From: Candidatus Bathyarchaeia archaeon
GTDB lineage: Archaea; Thermoproteota; Bathyarchaeia; 40CM-2-53-6
Direction: 5' to 3'
Length of the DNA: 14,076 nucleotides
Assembly: GCA_049517415.1 (NCBI GenBank)
Contig: JBEKSC010000042.1
Span: forward strand, 1-14,076
Part shown: one piece after another, positions 7,798 to 14,076 of the stretch
Numbering within the stretch: the stretch's first letter is position 1
Layout of the letters: the number at the start of each line of letters is the position of its first letter
The notes under the pieces: model-generated
What the model saw: the letters and a program-made list of their open reading frames with translations, nothing else
What the model was told of the DNA's origin: nothing
Databases searched by the model: none
Translations under genes and position numbers: made by a program

Positions 7798-7855
7798 AAT
7801 TACGTTAGGCCTAACTCCATAACACTCATTGGAATCATCATCGTACAAGGACTTC

Positions 7856-7929
7856 GCCTGTTGGCAATGAAGACAGTCACAAATACGATGCTCAAATGAC
7901 ATGAACCTGGGGTATCGGAGCTGACAGGC
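7856..7929 (+). ncRNA. Candidate box C/D guide sRNA or structured intergenic RNA
   Basis: C-box variant ATGAAGA (7867-7873) and D box CTGA (7921-7924) span 58 nt. GCCTGTTGGC (7856-7865) can pair with GCTGACAGGC (7920-7929). The internal D'/C' boxes are degenerate. Confidence 0.2.
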
Positions 7930-7974
7930 CTACACGCTCGAATCTGATGAGCTTCTGTTCGACGTGACAAGACG

Positions 7975-8583
7975 TCAGAGCGCCTTGGGCGTTGTGTCGA
8001 TGATTCTGCTTTCGGTCACAATACGGTCCACCCGTTGGTCGTACCGCGACCTTGGAACATTTGAGATGAATTGGAAATCGTAGGCTAAGCCGATGGTCGC
8101 AATGTGGGTTCGCAGCGCGTTTATGCTTCGATCATAGTATCCGGCGCCGTATCCTATTCTGAACCCTCTCTGATCCCACGCGACACCTGGGACTAGGATT
8201 ACGTCGGCTTGCTCCAGGGCTACGGGCCGGCGAAACTCGCTTTTGGGTTCTGGGATTCCATGGGCTCCCCTTTCAAGCTCCTCTGGTGCCTTGAACTCCG
8301 AGAATATCAGGCGCTGGTTGGCCTGGTCAACCACGGGCACTATTAGCCTCTTACCATTCTCGAGTGCCCACCCGACAAGACCACGCGTTCTTACCTCGCT
8401 ACCGATGTCTAAGTAGGTCGAGATTGTTCGAGCTTCCTTTACCTTTGGGAGTTCAAGCAACCTAGCGGTGATCTTGGAGCTCAGTTGGTCCAGTTCTGAA
8501 GCGGGCTTGCTGTTTCTTAATGCAAGCATTTGGGTTCGCAGCATCCGCTTCCTTTCATAGCTTTCCAGGAGTTCCCAACTCAT
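7975..8583 (-). CDS. 5-formyltetrahydrofolate cyclo-ligase (MTHFS/YgfA family)
   Basis: K..LR N-terminal helix, Y....SEV.T, GIPEP, DVILVPGVAWD..GFRIGYGAGYYDR and D..VD.IVTE. The start overlaps the folD stop region by 29 nt. Confidence 0.93.
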   Translation of the reverse strand: MSWELLESYERKRMLRTQMLALRNSKPASELDQLSSKITARLLELPKVKEARTISTYLDIGSEVRTRGLVGWALENGKRLIVPVVDQANQRLIFSEFKAPEELERGAHGIPEPKSEFRRPVALEQADVILVPGVAWDQRGFRIGYGAGYYDRSINALRTHIATIGLAYDFQFISNVPRSRYDQRVDRIVTESRIIDTTPKAL

Positions 8584-9457
8584 CAGGGTTGTACGCCAAT
8601 TTCACACCGCTCTGGGAACACGCCGCGGTCAGCGTGTTGTACATGAGCATTGCAATCGTCATTGGCCCCACTCCACCCGGCACGGGTGTCACAAAGGAAG
8701 CAACAGGAATTACTGCATCAAAATCAACATCCCCCACTAATGCTCCTCCAATGCTACTTGTCCCAATATCGACGACGATAGCCCCTGCTTTGACCATGTT
8801 CGGGCCAACATTGAATTCGGCACGGCGACCAATACCGGTCAAGAGAAGGTCAGCCGTCTTGGAGATTTCCTCAAGCCGTTCAGTCTTTGAGTGGCAGATA
8901 GTCACTGTAGCATCTTCGTTTAGTAGGAGTTGGGCGAGGGGCCTACCCAGCAGCTTACTCCGGTTAATTATGACCGCGTGCTTGCCGGCTATTCTTGCAC
9001 CGTAATGTTTCAGCAAGAGAACGACGCCCATCGGAGTGCAAGGAACGAGCGTCGCCTTCCCTTTCTGATAGAGTAAGCCGAGGTTGCATGGGTTCACCCC
9101 ATCAACGTCTTTCTCTTGGCTTATAGTTGTGCAAACTGCAACATCGTCCAAACCCTTCGGCAAGGGCAATTGGAGTAGGATCCCTGTTACCGAACGATCC
9201 GAATTCAGTTCGGAAACGGCTTTCTCCAACTTTCCCTGGGCTACGTTGGAAGACAACTCAATGCCGCGAGAATTTATTCCAACATCACTGCATGCTAAAT
9301 GCACACTTCGCAAATATGCCTTCGAAGCGGGGCTTTCGCCAACAAGTATTGTTGCTAGTTTGGGTTCCACACTCGAACTCAAAGCTCTAACCTTGTCTCT
9401 AATCTTCGACCTTATCCCTTCAGCTACTATGCGTCCCTCCATCATCTTGGCAGGCAA
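8555..9457 (-). CDS. folD: FolD-family methylenetetrahydrofolate dehydrogenase (cyclohydrolase Lys absent)
   Basis: GILLQLPLP, EKDVDG, PCTPMG, ATVTICHSKT, GDVDF and TPVPGGVGPMTIAML. The true start is probably TTG at 9457 (MPAKMMEGRIVA, 300 aa). The track's extension to 9886 is antisense to FTCD. Confidence 0.93.
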   Translation of the reverse strand: MPAKMMEGRIVAEGIRSKIRDKVRALSSSVEPKLATILVGESPASKAYLRSVHLACSDVGINSRGIELSSNVAQGKLEKAVSELNSDRSVTGILLQLPLPKGLDDVAVCTTISQEKDVDGVNPCNLGLLYQKGKATLVPCTPMGVVLLLKHYGARIAGKHAVIINRSKLLGRPLAQLLLNEDATVTICHSKTERLEEISKTADLLLTGIGRRAEFNVGPNMVKAGAIVVDIGTSSIGGALVGDVDFDAVIPVASFVTPVPGGVGPMTIAMLMYNTLTAACSQSGVKLAYNPDELGTPGKL

Positions 9458-9578
9458 ATTCCTCAGCCCTAAGCGGTTCCGAGTATTGTTGTTCCGCCTT
9501 ATAGAACGATAGAGTCCGTGGAAACTGACCGAAACGAAATTAGCCCCGACAAGTGATTCTCGAGTTCGACGATGAGTT

Positions 9579-11114
9579 TTGAGGCTAGTTGAGTGTGTCC
9601 CGAATTTCAGCGAAGGCAGGAGAAGGGAAGTCATCGACGCGATTGTTGCAGAGGCAAAGGCCCGAAACGTAAAGGTTCTCGATATCGAATCGGACGCGGA
9701 CCACAATCGCTCCGTCCTAACCTTCGTGGGTGAACCTGAAGCGGTTAAGGAAGCGGCCTTGGCCGTCAGCGCCAAGGCGATTGAGCTTATCGACCTGAAC
9801 AAGCACAAGGGCCAACATCCTCGAATGGGTGCGGTCGACGTCATACCCTTCATACCAATCTCCGATGTAACCATGGCAGACTGCATTCAGTTAACGAAGG
9901 ATTTCGCGAAGGAGTATGCATCACGCTTCAAGGTTCCAGTATTCCTCTACGAGGAAGCTGCTACACGGCCCGATCGGCGGAACCTAGCCGAAGTGAGGAA
10001 GGGTGAGTTCGAGGGCCTGAGAGGTGAGATTGGAAAGAACCCGGAAAAGACACCGGACTTCGGTCCCACCGCAATTCACCCAACCGCCGGAGCTACCGCA
10101 ATAGGGGCAAGACGGGTTCTCATAGCCTACAACGTGAACCTCGCAACGAACAACCTCGACGTGGCTAAGAAGATAGCCAAGCAAATTCGAGGAAAAGATG
10201 GGGGCCTAACCGCCGTGAAGGCACTTGGTTTCGAATTGAAGGACCGGGGCATCGTACAAGTTTCCATGAATATGGTTGATTACAAAGCTAGCCAACTCTT
10301 CAAGGCCTTTGAGCTAATTAGAGCCCTAGCGGAGAGCTATGGCGTTCAAGTTCTTGAAAGCGAAGTCGTGGGGCTCGTCCCAATGGAAGCCCTCACTGAC
10401 AGCGCGCAGTTCTATCTCCGATTGCGGGGCTTCAACAACGATCAAATTCTTGAACGCAAGCTAACTGAAACCGGCGGAAACAGGTTAATTGAAAAGAGCC
10501 TTTCGAGTTTTGTGACAGAAGTAGCCTCTGATCAACCGGTTCCGGGCGGTGGAAGTGTATCGGCTTTGGCTGGATCCTTGGCGGCCAGCCTCGTTAGTAT
10601 GGTCTCCCGCCTAACGCTCAAGAAACCCGAGTACGAGAAACATTGGGCGCGTGTCACGGAGGTTCTTACAGAGAGTGAGTTACTCCAGAACGCCCTCCTC
10701 GCCTTGGTCGATGAAGACTCGAGAAGCTTCACGGAATTGCTGCAAGCCTACCGCCTACCCAAGAAGAATGAAGAGGAGAAACGCAAGAGGTCCGATGAAA
10801 TTCAAAAAGGGTTGAAGGCAGCAGCCGAGGTACCGATGAGAACGGCCCAGAAAGCCGCGAAGGCATTGTCCATGGGTAAAACTCTGGCCGAATTCGGCAA
10901 CGAGAATGCGATTTCCGACCTCCAAACCGCAATCCACCTAGCTCACGCGGCCGCGCTAGGCGCAATTTCAAATGTGACCACAAACCTAGCGGCGATAAAG
11001 GATGAAGGTTACAAGAAACAGATGAGCAGTAGGCTTGAAGTCCTCCAGAATGATATTGAAACGGACAAGTCAGCTGCGCTCGCGGTACTGACAAAAAGAA
11101 GTTTGAAAAGTTAA
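9579..11114 (+). CDS. ftcd: Bifunctional glutamate formimidoyltransferase / formiminotetrahydrofolate cyclodeaminase
   Basis: FT domain: LVECVPNFSEGR, DHNRSV, HKGQHPRMGAVDVIPF (catalytic His), IGAR..LIAYNVNL and QVSMN. Cyclodeaminase/FchA-like domain from about 10485: PVPGGGSVSALAG, LVDEDS and GN.NAISD. Confidence 0.95.
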   Translation: MRLVECVPNFSEGRRREVIDAIVAEAKARNVKVLDIESDADHNRSVLTFVGEPEAVKEAALAVSAKAIELIDLNKHKGQHPRMGAVDVIPFIPISDVTMADCIQLTKDFAKEYASRFKVPVFLYEEAATRPDRRNLAEVRKGEFEGLRGEIGKNPEKTPDFGPTAIHPTAGATAIGARRVLIAYNVNLATNNLDVAKKIAKQIRGKDGGLTAVKALGFELKDRGIVQVSMNMVDYKASQLFKAFELIRALAESYGVQVLESEVVGLVPMEALTDSAQFYLRLRGFNNDQILERKLTETGGNRLIEKSLSSFVTEVASDQPVPGGGSVSALAGSLAASLVSMVSRLTLKKPEYEKHWARVTEVLTESELLQNALLALVDEDSRSFTELLQAYRLPKKNEEEKRKRSDEIQKGLKAAAEVPMRTAQKAAKALSMGKTLAEFGNENAISDLQTAIHLAHAAALGAISNVTTNLAAIKDEGYKKQMSSRLEVLQNDIETDKSAALAVLTKRSLKS

Positions 11115-11224
11115 GGCGCTCAGAGTATTTGGCACGGCTTGGAGAAAAAAGGCAAAAGGACGAATGTTTCACATTTCTACCAAAGCGAACATAACGTAGC
11201 AAGCTTCGGCGCGTAAGGGTTGAT

Positions 11225-11809
11225 TCATTTCTTCCCGCCCGTTTTTTCGTACATTCTTCGGAGCGTCCAGCGTATGGCGTTCTTCAGCTCGAGGAGGCGC
11301 CGGTCGTCACCGTAGTTCTGGATGTGAATCGCCTTCAAGCGACCGTCGTCCTGTTCAACATTGTAAGTGAGAATGGCGTCCGGCGGAATCGTTCCGGCCG
11401 AGGCTGCTTCCTTATCCTTCGTTTGCATAGGCTCAAGAACTTTGGCCAGGAGAAATGAGCGAAGTGGCGGGGAATTGGAATCCAAGTTGATGTTGGGCTC
11501 CGACGTGACGTGAAGGCCGCCTTGCTCAACCTGAATCGACCCTATGCGGACACCGTCAACAGTCAGAACAGGAACACTATCCGCACTTTTGAGAGTCATT
11601 CTGGGTTTTACCGCTTGTTCGGGTTCGCTTGGCGTACTTATCTCAACCGGTCTGAAGCTTCTCTCTGCTAGAAGCGAATCAACAACTTCTATGAAGGAAC
11701 GCAAGTAGGTCACTTCCTCTTCCTGTTGCTTTAAGCGCCGCTCCAAGAACGTCTTCATTTCTGCAAGTTTCTTGGTTAACTGTTGATCAGACGAGGACAA
11801 AACGACCAC
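11225..11809 (-). CDS. Conserved hypothetical protein (N-terminal coiled coil plus alpha/beta domain)
   Basis: 194-aa ORF with a GTG start and TATA-like CTTTAATT about 30 nt upstream. The heptad-rich N-terminus and PP..SF...KVLE.M..KD...I.NY.D..R..E......W...RM.E resemble an uncharacterised Thaumarchaeota/Bathyarchaeia family (recalled, not searched). Confidence 0.8.
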   Translation of the reverse strand: MVVLSSSDQQLTKKLAEMKTFLERRLKQQEEEVTYLRSFIEVVDSLLAERSFRPVEISTPSEPEQAVKPRMTLKSADSVPVLTVDGVRIGSIQVEQGGLHVTSEPNINLDSNSPPLRSFLLAKVLEPMQTKDKEAASAGTIPPDAILTYNVEQDDGRLKAIHIQNYGDDRRLLELKNAIRWTLRRMYEKTGGKK

Positions 11810-11985
11810 CCGTACCCTTCGCCATTAGTCTGCTCAACAATTAAAGGCCGCTCATATAGGCTACCGGCCTTACCCGAATCCAGTTCTGCTACAACAATAC
11901 TTACCATCTCCTCCCCCGTCCACAAATGAACGTTGCGAGACATAACCTACTTTAGTCAAACCAATCAAGTCTAGGTTGATACCGA

Positions 11986-13845
11986 TTGTCGTCCCCACTC
12001 AGCATGAGCGTCAAGAGACTCGGGCAAATTCTCAAAGATGGGGCCGAAGGCCAAGTCGGAGAAAGTGAAAGTCGACTCCAGACTGCAAGCGATAACTATT
12101 GGCCTCTAATCACAGACTTGCTGATTACAGACTTCAAATTCGACAAATCACATGAAACAGCCCTGAAACTGTTCAAGAAAGACAAGGCCCGGTTCGCGGC
12201 AGTTGACGGCTCAGAAGATCAGAGATTGTTAGGAGGGTTGGCGGTGTTTTGGGCGGGCTCGTACGCCGCAACAGGGTCGATTACGTTCTACAAAGATCAA
12301 CAACCAGACGTGCAATACGATACAGGTTTCGTTGAAAGAGGCCAAGGCCTAGCGAGCTGTGTTCCGATCTATGTGGACTCACTCCCCGAGGTCGACCCGC
12401 AATCAGCATTACACAAGAGCGGTCAACAGTTCACCATATCGGGACCGATGACGGAGCAGTCGACGGTTGACAATTCGACGATAGCAGATTGGATAATGTT
12501 GTTCTCAGAAATTTACCTCGCTCATCAGCTCGCGGCGTCAAAGGAATACGAGATCATTCTTCTTGATAGGTCACTCTCTGGGACTTTGAGCAATTTGATA
12601 TACGATACAGCGAAGCGACCCTTATGGAAACGCCAATGCGCAATCTTTGGTTTTGAAATTGATAATGTCCCAATCGACGAATCAGAGCTAGCATATGGTA
12701 GGTATCACACGCCAAAACTGGACGGCTCCTTACCTCCCCGTGGAGATTACCTGCGCTATTCCACCATCTTTCTGTTGCAGAAACATAACAAAGCACTCAG
12801 CCTTTCTGAGATTGCGAATGAATTGAATTACTCTGCCCAGGATCAGCTTACCCGACTCGGCCGTTTTGTTAAGAAATCAACAGAAGAGGGCTACCTCCAA
12901 GAATCAAACGCGAAGTACAACGCGAACCCCCGCTATTCAAACACTTGGAACCGCCTGCGTAAACTAGTCGAATTGTTCGGTGCCCGCTTCTTCGCGAGCA
13001 GCACAGGAAATCCGCTCCGTCTCTCAGATGCTCCCGAACCTCGGTGGATAACAACACTCGACCTTGCTTTCCTTTGCCTCTTCGCTTTCAACCTTCTAAT
13101 AGAAGAATCACAAGAAAACCACATTCTCCTAGTAGGCATCACAAAGGACACAACCGCAAGGGATCTTATCAGCCATCTCATACCCGTATCACTCAAAGAA
13201 GGAGTTTGGAAGCAAAAGGTCCAACACGTCGCGACAACCGACAGAATGTTATTGCAGGCGATCAGCATGTTTCATCACAGCGACTTACCCATACCTTGGG
13301 CTACGCTTGAGTACGACACCGCCTTTCAGACAATAGTCCCCGACTTTCAGCACAGAGAGGGCTATGTATCGGGAGCAATTAGCAATCGTATCATTCTTGA
13401 ACAACGTTTCGTAAAATCCTACATTCAACTTGACAAAGCCAAATCTGACGACCAGTTCAGAAGCAACGTATTGTTTATCGACCGTTTATATCATGACCTC
13501 GAGAAGGCGCCCACGCTAAAGCTCAAACACGATTACGCAAGCACAATAGAGGAAATGCAGCCAGTCCTCTGGGATTCGAAACTGTTGACGAATCGTGTCC
13601 AGGAACTCACTATGGTAACTCTGAAGGCTATGACGCAGCAGAGCCTTCCGGAGGTTTTCGGACACAATAAACCGCTCTACATTGCTGACAAGATCGTCAA
13701 GGCTCAAAGGGACCGCGCAGCAGAAATAGTCAAAGCTACTGGCCACTGGCTAGTAACACATCCAAAGCTGAGGAAGTTCTCATTCTACATGAACACTTTC
13801 CGGGCAAGAAGGAGCGAAGTTGAGAATGCAAGAAGTAGATCTTAG
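11986..13845 (+). CDS. nurA: NurA-family nuclease, long variant with winged-helix-like insertion
   Basis: NurA-like motifs in the right order: FAAVDGS (D74), helix Glu (E175), ILLDRSL (D194), LVGITKDT (K387), GHNKPLYIADKIVK (D568), then a basic C-terminal tail. Alternative start ATG at 12004. Confidence 0.75.
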   Translation: MSSPLSMSVKRLGQILKDGAEGQVGESESRLQTASDNYWPLITDLLITDFKFDKSHETALKLFKKDKARFAAVDGSEDQRLLGGLAVFWAGSYAATGSITFYKDQQPDVQYDTGFVERGQGLASCVPIYVDSLPEVDPQSALHKSGQQFTISGPMTEQSTVDNSTIADWIMLFSEIYLAHQLAASKEYEIILLDRSLSGTLSNLIYDTAKRPLWKRQCAIFGFEIDNVPIDESELAYGRYHTPKLDGSLPPRGDYLRYSTIFLLQKHNKALSLSEIANELNYSAQDQLTRLGRFVKKSTEEGYLQESNAKYNANPRYSNTWNRLRKLVELFGARFFASSTGNPLRLSDAPEPRWITTLDLAFLCLFAFNLLIEESQENHILLVGITKDTTARDLISHLIPVSLKEGVWKQKVQHVATTDRMLLQAISMFHHSDLPIPWATLEYDTAFQTIVPDFQHREGYVSGAISNRIILEQRFVKSYIQLDKAKSDDQFRSNVLFIDRLYHDLEKAPTLKLKHDYASTIEEMQPVLWDSKLLTNRVQELTMVTLKAMTQQSLPEVFGHNKPLYIADKIVKAQRDRAAEIVKATGHWLVTHPKLRKFSFYMNTFRARRSEVENARSRS

Positions 13846-14065
13846 CCGCCACTTCACCGACCTGAACAACCGGTTCGACGCGAGGCTATCGGCCGTCCTG
13901 GCAATAAGACGGGCTGAAGTCTCGGCTGAGACTACAGGTTTCTCAGCGAAGTACGAATGCCGTGTGAAGGCACAGTATCAGAGAGACTTGATGGGCCTTC
14001 TCGAGGAGGGCATGCTATTAGCGGTGCGCAATTTCAAAGCGAAGAAGCATAACGGCAACCGCTAA
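13826..14065 (+). CDS. N-terminal fragment of a probable HerA-type ATPase partner of NurA (apparent stop likely artefactual)
   Basis: ATG at 13826 (TTG at 13820) overlaps the nurA end. The beta-rich segment ending LLEEGMLLAVRNF is compatible with a HAS-barrel N-terminus. The identity is inferred mainly from position; no Walker motifs are in view. Confidence 0.5.
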   Translation: MQEVDLSRHFTDLNNRFDARLSAVLAIRRAEVSAETTGFSAKYECRVKAQYQRDLMGLLEEGMLLAVRNFKAKKHNGNR

Positions 14066-14076
14066 TAGCATGCCCT
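14007..14076. repeat. Perfect 19-bp inverted repeat ending at the last base (probable fold-back artefact)
   Basis: AGGGCATGCTATTAGCGGT (14007-14025) is the exact reverse complement of ACCGCTAATAGCATGCCCT (14058-14076). Confidence 0.9.

Noticed and set aside
948..7990. Hammerhead-like CTGATGA cores (minus strand near 978-984; plus strand at 7945-7951), each followed by a stem
   Set aside because: Neither has the required GAAA after stem II or a stem I/III arrangement.
9458..9886. 143-aa N-terminal extension of FolD in the ORF track
   Set aside because: It overlaps ftcd antisense and has shadow-like Ser/Thr-rich composition. FolD homology begins at about 9457.
2310..13746. Many antisense or alternate-frame ORFs (e.g. 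2444-2752, 5509-5880, 6537-6881, 7071-7664, 8520-9005, 9084-9512, 10729-11202, 12933-13268)
   Set aside because: They lie largely within well-supported genes and look like codon-bias shadows.
13820..14065. Complete 81-aa protein or nonsense pseudogene
   Set aside because: The stop lies within the terminal 19-bp fold-back, so it is probably not genomic.
1..14076. tRNA, rRNA, CRISPR array, IS element or integrase
   Set aside because: By eye I found no cloverleaf, regularly spaced repeats, transposase or recombinase motifs. Covariance-model searches were not run.

Overview
Archaeal chromosomal segment of roughly 50% GC with many TTG/GTG starts. The gene set and protein style suggest a TACK lineage such as Bathyarchaeia or Nitrososphaeria (inference). 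Left end: a partial Bat/HTH-10-like regulator divergent from two coupled small ORFs, then an AbrB-type regulator missed by the ORF track. Next come an ATP-dependent DNA ligase divergent from a DUF72 protein, a CPxCG micro-protein, an Ap4A-type Nudix hydrolase and ornithine carbamoyltransferase. The centre holds a divergent RimB-like retropepsin / RimK-type glutamate ligase pair beside a tetrahydrofolate C1 cluster (5-formyl-THF cyclo-ligase, FolD, full-length FTCD). The FolD lacks the cyclohydrolase lysine (YxxxK reads YLRSV). Together these suggest an unusual archaeal folate module that may bypass 10-formyl-THF and may carry its own glutamate-tail writer and eraser (hypothesis). Right end: a hypothetical protein, a long NurA-like nuclease with a winged-helix-like insert, and the start of a probable HerA-type partner. 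The partner's stop codon lies inside a perfect 19-bp fold-back at the window end and is probably an artefact. No tRNA, rRNA, CRISPR array or transposase was seen.
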